Assembly (NCBI GenBank): GCA_964492605.1
Contig: CAZBLJ010000002.1
Location: 1 to 36,317 of the forward strand
Reading direction: 5' to 3'
DNA from: an uncultured Puniceicoccaceae bacterium
GTDB lineage: Bacteria > Verrucomicrobiota > Verrucomicrobiia > Opitutales > Puniceicoccaceae
Length of the DNA: 36,317 nucleotides
Shown: positions 8,718 through 16,978 of the stretch, in pieces
Layout: each line of letters starts with the position of its first letter
Numbering within the stretch: position 1 is the stretch's first letter
Made by a program: the position numbers and the translations under genes
The notes under the pieces: generated by a model
Databases searched by the model: none
What the model was told of the DNA's origin: nothing
Seen by the model: the letters and a program-made list of their open reading frames with translations, nothing else

Positions 8718-11287
8718 GGGAGGAAAGTCGCGTTGCGGATCATGTTGGCCAGAGTTTCGATCTCGGAGGGGTTGTTGAAGAAGGATTGGGCCTGTTGGGT
8801 CCAGGCGAGGAGTTGTGGCCGGTCGATTTCCGGAAACCGGTTGGCGTCCTGCAGCTTGTCCGCGAAAATGGCGGCGGCCGTGCTCAATTGAAGACGGGCC
8901 GAGGCGGAATCGATTTCCGGCCAGACCGGTGGATTGGGAATGATCCAGGAGCGTTCTTCGACGGTGAGTTTCTCGGGCCGATTTTCGTTTGTCGTGGATC
9001 GATCTCCTGGTGGAGAAAATGAGATGAGGTTGTCGGTCACATCCCAACGGTAACCGGTTTGGTGAGATATAAGATCGAGGATCCGGATCGCGGGAAGGTT
9101 TCGAACCGAAAAGTTCACCTGACGATCATTCGGTCCTGTTTCAACCACCATGCTGATGCCCGCAGAACGGTCGGAGTTGTTCGCCTCAATCAGCTCCGTG
9201 AGAGCTTGGGCGGCTTTCGGCAGGCTCGTCCCCGCAAAAGTTACGCGGGGGATGACGATCGATTCGAGTTGTTCGAGAATGCGTTCGTCTCCAGCACTGG
9301 GAGGGGCGGGCGGATCCTCCATTTTAAATCGTACACGGGCGGTTCCCAGGAGGCCGGATCCGTCCGGTTTCAGCTCGATCAGATAGAGGGCGTTGCCGGT
9401 TTCTTCGGCGGCCATTTCGGCAGCGTCCACGGCATCGTTGCGGAAGTCTTCCTTTTCCAGGAGATGGGTGTCGTAGCCGATGAGGCGGAAGCGCCGGACG
9501 CGGTCCGGATTCCACTCGACCTGGACTTTGACATCCCGGGCGACCGATTGCAGGGAACTCGAAAGAGCCTGGGCGAAGAGGGCTCTGGCATCCTCCGGGG
9601 AGTTGAGGAAAGCGTATTGGCCGTCGCCGTTGCGCGCGAGTTCGGAAAGGAGAGGGTCGTTGAGATTCTCCCAGCCGATCCCGAATCCATCGAAGGCGAT
9701 CCCCTGATTCCGGTGCTCTTCGATCATCTCGACGAGCTGGTCGGCTTCGGTCTGGCCGAGGTTGGTGATGCCGTCGGAGAGGAGGACGACCCGGTTTTCG
9801 TAGGCGGGCTGGTAAAGCCGCGAAGCCACTTCGTAGGCGGTCGCCAGACCATTCTCCAGATTCGTTCCTCCCTCGGGCGCGGTGTTCAGCGCGGCCTGAA
9901 TCTGAGCTGAATTCGACGGGGAGGACTGGATAAGCTCGACACGGGAGTCGGTGGCGAAGGTGACGATGTTGATGCGGTCCTGCGGGCGGAGACCATCCGT
10001 GAGCTTTTCAAAGGCGGCTTCGATGGTGCGCTTGCGATCGGATCGCTGCATGGACCCCGAGTTGTCGATGGCGAAGGTGATCTGTGCGGGTTTTCCGGCG
10101 TCGCGACTTTGGGCCGCCGTCTTTACGGCAAGCCGGACCACCTTGAGATTGTGGCTGGCGGGGAGAGTCGCGGACTCGACCTCGAGGCGAACTGGATCGC
10201 CGGAAGCGGGGGAGGGATCCCGATAGTCAAAGGCGTTGTAGAATTCCTCCTGCCGGATCGAGCGCGGATCGGGGACGATTCCCTGTTCGAGTTGGCGGGC
10301 GGCGAGCTGAAAGGAAACGTCGGCCACGTTCAGGGAGAAGGTTGAGAAATTGTCCTCCTCGGTGTCGGTGAAGGTGGCCGGCGGCGGAGGGGTGGGGCGG
10401 TTTCGTGGCTTTGGAGCAGCCAGGGGCTCAGGCTCCGGATCTGCCAAGGGTTGTTGCGCGACTTTGGGCTTTTCAAATTCGTTCGTTTCCTCGGCGAGCG
10501 AACTTTCAGAGCCCCCGGCTTCGTCGGCGGACAATTGGCCCATCCGCAGCAGGGCACCCCCGAGACGGTCGACTTTGGCCTTTTCTCCGGCGACCGGGGG
10601 TTGGCTGCGGGCGGGTTGTGGCGAAGTCCGGGAGGGGGAGGGTGCTGCGAACGGATCGTCCATGGGAGCGCTCGATTGCGCGGATCCACGGAAAACGTAT
10701 CTCTCAGTGGCTTCCAGGCTCGAGTTTTCGAAGTCCCGAGCCATGTTGTTTCTCGCCAAATCGAATTCCGCGGTCGACGATCCAAATGGCTGTGAATCGC
10801 CGTCCAGCCGGGCGGAATTTCTGGAACGGGTGGCTTGGCTAACGGAATCGTTGCGAGTGGATTCGGGTTGAAGAAATTCCTCGGATTCGAATTTGGGGGA
10901 CTGCGGGGCAGGGGGGGGCGCTGAAGCAACCCCCCTACGGAGATCGTCCTTGCCGGGTTCCAGAGGTTGGCTTTCCCGGCCCTGGTCCAGCGAGGGGAAG
11001 AGGAGGAAGAGGAGGATGAGTCCGGCGGCGATCCCGCTCCCGACCGAGGAAATGCCGCGGAGAGAACGCAGCCAGATCGGGACCGGACTGGACCGAGGGG
11101 GCTCTGCATCGGAAGGCACGCCATGCACCTCGGCGAGGAGGCGGGCGGTTTCGGCCAGCTTCTTTCGTCGTTCGAAGAGCGTCGGATCCTGGGCGAAGGC
11201 CTGGCGGAGTTCTTTTTCCTCCTCGCGTGTGGTTTCGCCGAGGATGGAACGGAGAATCAGATCGTCGATGGGTTCCGGATCGTTCAT
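8714..11287 (-). CDS. Anti-sigma-like N-terminus + TM + YfbK-type von Willebrand A protein with DUF3520-like C-terminus and an STN-like insert
   Basis: N-terminal LILRSILGETTREEEKELRQAFAQDP (anti-sigma-like helix), TM GIAAGLILLFLLFP, STFSLNVADVSF / IRQEEFYNAFDY (YfbK-type), intact MIDAS DNSGSM...GGTNL...LLSDG, and RFRLIGYD...DFRNDAVDAAEM. ATGA overlap with the ECF stop. Confidence 0.85.
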   Translation of the reverse strand: MNDPEPIDDLILRSILGETTREEEKELRQAFAQDPTLFERRKKLAETARLLAEVHGVPSDAEPPRSSPVPIWLRSLRGISSVGSGIAAGLILLFLLFPSLDQGRESQPLEPGKDDLRRGVASAPPPAPQSPKFESEEFLQPESTRNDSVSQATRSRNSARLDGDSQPFGSSTAEFDLARNNMARDFENSSLEATERYVFRGSAQSSAPMDDPFAAPSPSRTSPQPARSQPPVAGEKAKVDRLGGALLRMGQLSADEAGGSESSLAEETNEFEKPKVAQQPLADPEPEPLAAPKPRNRPTPPPPATFTDTEEDNFSTFSLNVADVSFQLAARQLEQGIVPDPRSIRQEEFYNAFDYRDPSPASGDPVRLEVESATLPASHNLKVVRLAVKTAAQSRDAGKPAQITFAIDNSGSMQRSDRKRTIEAAFEKLTDGLRPQDRINIVTFATDSRVELIQSSPSNSAQIQAALNTAPEGGTNLENGLATAYEVASRLYQPAYENRVVLLSDGITNLGQTEADQLVEMIEEHRNQGIAFDGFGIGWENLNDPLLSELARNGDGQYAFLNSPEDARALFAQALSSSLQSVARDVKVQVEWNPDRVRRFRLIGYDTHLLEKEDFRNDAVDAAEMAAEETGNALYLIELKPDGSGLLGTARVRFKMEDPPAPPSAGDERILEQLESIVIPRVTFAGTSLPKAAQALTELIEANNSDRSAGISMVVETGPNDRQVNFSVRNLPAIRILDLISHQTGYRWDVTDNLISFSPPGDRSTTNENRPEKLTVEERSWIIPNPPVWPEIDSASARLQLSTAAAIFADKLQDANRFPEIDRPQLLAWTQQAQSFFNNPSEIETLANMIRNATFLP

Positions 11288-11814
11288 CGGGAGCCTCCTT
11301 CGTTCTGAACCTCGGCGTGGAGTTGCTGGAGCGTGCGGCAGAGGATGAAGCCGACGTTGGAGACGGAGATCTTCATGCGCTCGCCCATTTCTTTGTAGGA
11401 CGCCCCTTCCTCGAATTTGAGCCGGAGAAGTTCCCGCTCCCGGTCGCCGAGACCGGCGAGGAGGGACTCCAGGCGTTCCAATCGTTCCAGATGTTCCAGT
11501 CGTTTGTCGGGTCGCGTCGAGAGGTCGTCGTTGTCCGTCCGGACGGATTCGTCGAACGGGACGGTGTGGCGATGCCGCCGAATTTCGTTGAGGGCAAGAT
11601 TGCGGGCCGTGCGATGGAGCCAGGCAAGGGGATGTCGGACGGGACTCTCTTCCTTTTCGAGCCGGATAGCGGACTCCTGAACCACATCTTCGGCCCCGGC
11701 CTCGTCGAGGTATCGACAGACATAGCGATAAAGGCGTGGACGCCAGTCCTCGGGAAGAGCGGGAGCGCTCTTCGAATCCTGCAACTTTTCTTCAACATCG
11801 GCGGAAGCGTTCAT
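11284..11814 (-). CDS. ECF-type RNA polymerase sigma-70 factor
   Basis: Region 2 AEDVVQES...WLHRTARNLALNEIRR; region 4 LGDRERELLRLKFEEGASYKEMGERMKISVSNVGFIL; 176 aa. Confidence 0.92.
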   Translation of the reverse strand: MNASADVEEKLQDSKSAPALPEDWRPRLYRYVCRYLDEAGAEDVVQESAIRLEKEESPVRHPLAWLHRTARNLALNEIRRHRHTVPFDESVRTDNDDLSTRPDKRLEHLERLERLESLLAGLGDRERELLRLKFEEGASYKEMGERMKISVSNVGFILCRTLQQLHAEVQNEGGSR

Positions 11815-12176
11815 GCGGATTCCCGATCGATTTCTCGACCGCAGTTCGGATGGGGCTCGGGGATCATGCTCACAAAAATGCGGGGGATTACGCCTCGTCA
11901 GACACGCGAACTACCGTTTTATTAGAAAAAACCTGAAATTCGAGAGGGAATTACCCGAGGCCCTCGGAAAACTCGACCACGCCTGCTGGGGAAATAAATG
12001 CGGAAGCGATCCGCTGGAGATGTGGGCTGGAAACCTGTTCTGTTTCCAGGACCACGGACATTCGATGGGCGTCGTAGTTCGGGGATATTTTGAGCGACCA
12101 GAAGGCTCCCCCGTGAAGACACGAAGAAGTCGCGTCTGGATCTTCCCTGTAGGCGTGACGAAGGTCACGTCTGCGT

Positions 12177-12204
12177 TTGACCTCGGTCCTCTGCGGAACA
12201 GCCT
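12177..12204 (+). promoter_or_regulatory. Putative sigma70-type promoter for a leaderless uvrB transcript
   Basis: TTGACC-N16-CAGCCT, ending 7 nt before ATG 12212; no Shine-Dalgarno sequence. Confidence 0.35.
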
Positions 12205-12211
12205 GTCGGGC

Positions 12212-14260
12212 ATGACGCAATTTCGGTTGAATTCCGATTACCAGCCCCGGGGGGATCAACCGGCGGCGATCGAGAAGCTGGTCGCCTCCATCAACGGCGG
12301 GAACAAGTATCAGACGCTCGTCGGGGTGACCGGTTCCGGGAAGACGTTTACGATGGCCAATGTCGTCGAGAAATTGCAGCGGCCGACTTTGGTGATCTCC
12401 CATAACAAGACGCTCGCCGCCCAGTTGTATTCAGAGTTCAAGGCCTTCTTTCCGGAGAACGCCGTGGAGTATTTCGTGAGTTACTACGACTACTACCAGC
12501 CGGAAGCCTACGTCCCGCAGACCGACACCTACATCGAGAAGGATTCCTCCATCAACGACGAGATCGACCGCCTGCGCATCTCGGCCACGAGCGCCCTGTT
12601 GAGCCGGAGGGACGTGCTGGTGGTGGCCAGTGTGTCGTGCATCTACGGTCTCGGGAGCCCGGAAGATTTCAAGGCCATGATGATCGAGATCCGGCCCGGT
12701 GAAGAGCTGGGCCGGGATGCCTTTCTGGAGCGGCTGGTCGAGAATTTGTACGAACGCAACGATATCGAGCTGAGCCGGGGTAAATTCCGGGCCCGCGGGG
12801 AGGTGGTCGATGTGTTTCCGGCCTACCTGGAGTCCGCGGTGCGGGTCGAGTTCTGGGGGGATGAGGTCGAATCGGTCCGGGAACTGGATCCGCTGACCGG
12901 CGAGACCGGTCAGGAATTCGCCTACTTTTACCTCTATCCGGCGAACCAATACATCACACCGCGGGACAAGTTGAAGAAGGCGGTCTCGGGAATCCGGGAT
13001 GAGTTGGACCAACGGGTCTTGTCGTTCGAAAAGGATCAGCGGCTGCTCGAGGCGCAGCGGATCCGGATGAGGACCGAATACGACCTCGAGATGCTGGAGG
13101 AAATCGGTTTCTGCAGCGGCATTGAAAATTATTCCCGTCACCTGAGCGGGCGGAATCCGGGCGAGCGCCCTTTTTGCCTGATCGATTTTTTTCCCGACGA
13201 TTTTCTTCTTATTCTCGACGAGAGCCATGTGACCCTTCCGCAGATCGGAGCGATGTACAACGGCGACTTCTCCCGAAAAAGCCGCCTGGTCGATTATGGG
13301 TTCCGATTGCCCTCCGCCCTGGACAACCGGCCCTTGAAGCCGGGCGAATTCAGCGAGGTCACGGGGCAGACCCTCTTCGTTTCGGCGACACCCGCCAAAT
13401 GGGAAATGGAGCAGTCCCAGGTCGTCGCCGAACAGGTGATCCGTCCCACCGGATTGGTCGATCCGGAGATGGAGATTCGCCCGATCCGGGGCCAGGTCGA
13501 GGACGCGATCGCCGAGATCCGAAAAACCAGCGAGCAGGGGGACCGTACGTTGGTGACGACCCTCACGAAGCGCATGTCGGAAGATATTTCGGAATACCTG
13601 CGGGACGAGGGAGTCGCGGTCGAGTATCTCCACTCGGACATCGACGCGATCGAGCGGGTGGAAATCCTCCGCCGTCTTCGGAGCGGGGAGTTCGATGTAT
13701 TGGTGGGGGTGAATCTTCTCCGCGAGGGTCTGGACCTGCCGGAAGTGGCGCTCGTGATCATTCTGGATGCGGACAAAGAGGGTTTCCTCCGCAGCGAGAC
13801 CAGTCTCGTGCAGACGGCGGGGCGTGCGGCCCGGCACGAAAAGGGGCGGGTGGTTCTCTACGCGGACCGGATGACCGGCTCCTTGCAGCGCGCTCTGGAA
13901 GTAACCCGCTACCGCCGCGAAAAGCAGCTCGCCTACAACCGGGAACACGGGATCATCCCGGAAGGCGTGCGTCGCAAGGATCAGTCCAGCCTTCATCGCC
14001 CCGGTGCCGAAGCGGAGGAAGAGCCTCTCCAGGTCGCCGAAGGGAGCGGAGACCGGGACGTGGCCGCGGTCATCGCGGAGCTGGAAGAGGAGATGCAGCA
14101 GGCGTCCCTCGACCTCGAGTTCGAACGAGCCGCCATCGTGCGGGACCAGATCCAGGCGCTTCGGGACGGAGCGGCCGTCCAACCGGATCGCCGAACCGGT
14201 CGTGGCCGGAAAAAGAGGACCCGGGGCAACCGGTATCGTCGAAGCGGACGCCGACGGTAG
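12212..14260 (+). CDS. uvrB: Excinuclease ABC subunit B
   Basis: Start re-placed at MTQFRLNSDYQPRGDQP. GVTGSGKTFTMA, HNKTLAAQLY, YYDYYQPEAY, DESH, INLLREGLD-like (VNLLREGLDLPEV), and a C-terminal UVR helix LEFERAAIVRDQI. Confidence 0.97.
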   Translation: MTQFRLNSDYQPRGDQPAAIEKLVASINGGNKYQTLVGVTGSGKTFTMANVVEKLQRPTLVISHNKTLAAQLYSEFKAFFPENAVEYFVSYYDYYQPEAYVPQTDTYIEKDSSINDEIDRLRISATSALLSRRDVLVVASVSCIYGLGSPEDFKAMMIEIRPGEELGRDAFLERLVENLYERNDIELSRGKFRARGEVVDVFPAYLESAVRVEFWGDEVESVRELDPLTGETGQEFAYFYLYPANQYITPRDKLKKAVSGIRDELDQRVLSFEKDQRLLEAQRIRMRTEYDLEMLEEIGFCSGIENYSRHLSGRNPGERPFCLIDFFPDDFLLILDESHVTLPQIGAMYNGDFSRKSRLVDYGFRLPSALDNRPLKPGEFSEVTGQTLFVSATPAKWEMEQSQVVAEQVIRPTGLVDPEMEIRPIRGQVEDAIAEIRKTSEQGDRTLVTTLTKRMSEDISEYLRDEGVAVEYLHSDIDAIERVEILRRLRSGEFDVLVGVNLLREGLDLPEVALVIILDADKEGFLRSETSLVQTAGRAARHEKGRVVLYADRMTGSLQRALEVTRYRREKQLAYNREHGIIPEGVRRKDQSSLHRPGAEAEEEPLQVAEGSGDRDVAAVIAELEEEMQQASLDLEFERAAIVRDQIQALRDGAAVQPDRRTGRGRKKRTRGNRYRRSGRRR

Positions 14261-14365
14261 TCCGCATGGTTCGCGGCGATCGATGTGGAGTCGTCCCGGA
14301 GGAAACCTCGTTCGGTTTTGATTGGATGCGGGAGCGGGATTTGTTGGCCCGGGTTTCGGGTCTTC

Positions 14366-15958
14366 TCACGTTCCCATCATCTCTCTGAGGGTTTCGATGC
14401 GATCGATCTCGTCCGGCATCTTGTCCTTGCGCCAGCGGGATATGCGCGGGAACCGCAGGGCCAGCCCCGCTTTGTGGCGTTTGGATTCCCGGATGGCGTC
14501 AAAGGCGATTTCGAAGACCTGGACGGGCGGGACGGAGCGAACCGGACCGAACTTCTCCAAGGTGTTGCTTTTGATCCAACGGTCCAGTTCCCGGATCTCC
14601 TTGTCGGTAAGGCCCGAATACGCCTTGGCGACCGGGACCAATTCCCGTCCTTGATATACGGAGAAAGTGTAGTCGGTAAAAAGGCCGGACCGGCGACCGT
14701 GTCCGGTCTGCGCATAGACCAGTACCGCATCGATCCGCAGGGGTTCGACCTTCCATTTCCACCAGGCACCCCGGACCCGTCCGGCGCGGTAGGGGGCGTC
14801 CGTCTTCTTGAGAATCACGCCTTCGATGCCATTTTCCCGCGATTGCTTCACCCGTTTCCGAAGATCCTCCCACGACGGGTCCCGAAACACCGGGGACAGT
14901 TGAATGGGGGAGTCCTCCATGGGGAAGATTCCCTCAAGCATTCTCCGTCGTTCGAGGGTGGAGAGATCCCTCCGGTCCGTGCCGTCCAGCTCCAGGAGGT
15001 CGTAGGCGAGGAAACGGACGGGCAAATTCGTTCTGGTTCGGGAGGTGACGGTCTTTCGGCCCAGACGTTTTTGCAGTTCTCCGAAAGGTTCGGGAGTGCT
15101 CCTATCGTCCCGCCACACCAGAATTTCCCCGTCGAGAACGGTGCCGTCGGGCAGGCGGCTTGCCGCGTCGCTGATTTCGGGAAACGCTTCGGCGACGGTC
15201 TCCTCGCCGCGGCTCCAGAGAAAGGTATGTCCCCCGCGAACGATCAATTGGGCGCGGATGCCGTCCCATTTCGGCTCGACCTGCCAATCGGACGGGAGCC
15301 CGAGGGACGTGGCGGCTTCCACCGGGTGAGCCAGGCAAAACGGGTAGGGGAGCGAGGGTTCGCCTTTCTCGGAAGCCGCCGCACGAAGGCTGCGAAACCA
15401 GGAGGGTTCGGGAGACCAATTTCCCATCATGCGATGGGCGATGACCGCCGGATCGATACCGTAGAGATTCCCCAGAGCGTTTTCCACGGTCTTCCGCTGA
15501 ACTCCGATTCTGAATCCCCCGGTGAGCATTTTGTGGTAAACGAGTTTTGCCTGGTAGTCGAGAAGCCGCCAGGTCCGTTCGATGTGTTCCCTCTGATCGT
15601 CTTCCCCGAGTCCGGTCAGAGAGAGGAGGTGCCGTTCCACGAAGTCGGCCAGGCCACCGGCGGTCTCCCGACGATCCTCCGGCTCGGGGAGAAGAAGGGC
15701 GGTGGTTTCGGCGAGGTCCCCCACGTAGTGGTAGCTTTCCTCGAAGAGCCAATCCGGAATGCCCGCTTTGGCTGCCGCCCATTCGCGCAGTCTTCCGGTG
15801 GAGATCAAACGCTTTCTCCGGCGGCCGCAGAGGAAGTAGGCGGCCCACGCTGCGTCGCGATCCGGAGTCTCCCGGAAATACTCCTCCAACAACCGCCTCT
15901 TCTCCGTGGTGCGGGTGGTCTGTTCGAGTTCGAGGAAAAGTTGGGTGAAGCGGAGAAT
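14366..15958 (-). CDS. ATP-dependent DNA ligase (bacterial ~530-aa type)
   Basis: Motif I EPKWDGIRAQ, then VLDGEI, FLAYDLL, EGVILK, WWKWK, VAKAYSGL and LALRFPRISRWRKDK. The conserved-looking N-terminus (I)LRFTQLFLELEQTT extends to an ATT codon at 15958; the first conventional start is TTG 15892. Confidence 0.9.
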   Translation of the reverse strand: MLRFTQLFLELEQTTRTTEKRRLLEEYFRETPDRDAAWAAYFLCGRRRKRLISTGRLREWAAAKAGIPDWLFEESYHYVGDLAETTALLLPEPEDRRETAGGLADFVERHLLSLTGLGEDDQREHIERTWRLLDYQAKLVYHKMLTGGFRIGVQRKTVENALGNLYGIDPAVIAHRMMGNWSPEPSWFRSLRAAASEKGEPSLPYPFCLAHPVEAATSLGLPSDWQVEPKWDGIRAQLIVRGGHTFLWSRGEETVAEAFPEISDAASRLPDGTVLDGEILVWRDDRSTPEPFGELQKRLGRKTVTSRTRTNLPVRFLAYDLLELDGTDRRDLSTLERRRMLEGIFPMEDSPIQLSPVFRDPSWEDLRKRVKQSRENGIEGVILKKTDAPYRAGRVRGAWWKWKVEPLRIDAVLVYAQTGHGRRSGLFTDYTFSVYQGRELVPVAKAYSGLTDKEIRELDRWIKSNTLEKFGPVRSVPPVQVFEIAFDAIRESKRHKAGLALRFPRISRWRKDKMPDEIDRIETLREMMGT

Positions 15959-15961
15959 GGC

Positions 15962-16951
15962 TCAGGTTTCGGGTGAAATGGCGGCCCGGGACAGGCGGTC
16001 GCGCACCGCACGCAGGATCCCCTCCGAGGAGGACGGGAATTCGACCCGGATCGTTCGATAACGGGAATCGGTGTCCAGTTTCCGGAGAAGGTCAAACAGG
16101 TTGCGTGCGATCTCCTCCGGATCTCCGTTTTCGCTGAGCCAGAACGAATTTGGTTGGGGCGGGGCGGGAACCGGTCTGGCAAGGGTTACGCAGGCCGTGT
16201 CATCGGAGAGCCGTTCGGGTGCCGAACCCTCCGGAAACAGCTCAATCCCTTTGGACGGGCGGTAGTGGCTGGGCATGAGTCCGGGAGCTTCCGGGTTTTC
16301 CCGATTCCCGATCGCCTCCGTGATCGGAACGCCGACCGAGGTTTCCAGATCTTTGACCGGGATGGGTCCCGCCCGCAGCAGTTTGAACGAACCCTCCTCG
16401 CCGACGGATAAAATGGTGGATTCCAGGCCATGTTCGCAAGGACCTCCGTCCAGAACCGCATCGATCCGGTCCCCCAGGGATTCGACGACATGGGAGGCGC
16501 GGGTGGGACTGACGTAACCGAACGGATTGGCGCTGGGAGCGGCGATCAGAATCCGAAGGTTCGAGAGAAGATCCAGAAACACCGGATGGGCCGGGATGCG
16601 AACCGCCAGGGTCGGGAGTCCGGCCGAAACCACGGCCGGGATCCGGGAATCGTTCCGCCTCGGTAATACCAGCGTCAAGGGGCCGGGCCAGAAGTCCGCC
16701 GCAAGCTTCCGCACCCGTTCGGTTACCTTGCAGTAGACGCTTACCGTTTCCAGTGAGTCGCAGTGAACGATCAGCGGGTCGAGAAGGGGGCGACCTTTTA
16801 CGGCGAAAATGTTCCGGACGGCCTTCTCGTTGCGGGCATCGGCTGCCAGGCCGTACACCGTCTCGGTGGGAACTCCGACGAGGCCGCCGCCCAGGAGATA
16901 CCGGGACGCTTTCGCGCGGTCGTCGGCGTCGTGCCCCTTCAGCTTCTCCAT
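15962..16951 (-). CDS. sua5: L-threonylcarbamoyladenylate synthase (Sua5/TsaC with C-terminal SUA5 domain)
   Basis: PTETVYGLAA, KGRP, FWPGPLTLVL, IAAPSAN, GLESTI, APGLMPSHY, ARNLFDLLRKLD. Confidence 0.95.
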   Translation of the reverse strand: MEKLKGHDADDRAKASRYLLGGGLVGVPTETVYGLAADARNEKAVRNIFAVKGRPLLDPLIVHCDSLETVSVYCKVTERVRKLAADFWPGPLTLVLPRRNDSRIPAVVSAGLPTLAVRIPAHPVFLDLLSNLRILIAAPSANPFGYVSPTRASHVVESLGDRIDAVLDGGPCEHGLESTILSVGEEGSFKLLRAGPIPVKDLETSVGVPITEAIGNRENPEAPGLMPSHYRPSKGIELFPEGSAPERLSDDTACVTLARPVPAPPQPNSFWLSENGDPEEIARNLFDLLRKLDTDSRYRTIRVEFPSSSEGILRAVRDRLSRAAISPET

Positions 16952-16978
16952 CGGGAAGGGCTCCCGGGGGCGCTCGGC

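Noticed and set aside
8718-9047. 110-aa N-terminal extension of the giant ORF given in the track
   Set aside because: It overlaps the vWA gene; ATG 8717 gives a signal peptide and ATGA coupling.
10911-10918. G8 tract as a phase-variation switch in the vWA gene
   Set aside because: It is short, encodes a poly-Pro linker in frame, and is unremarkable at this GC content.
11813-12211. 133-aa N-terminal extension of UvrB
   Set aside because: No UvrB similarity; a promoter-like sequence sits right before ATG 12212.
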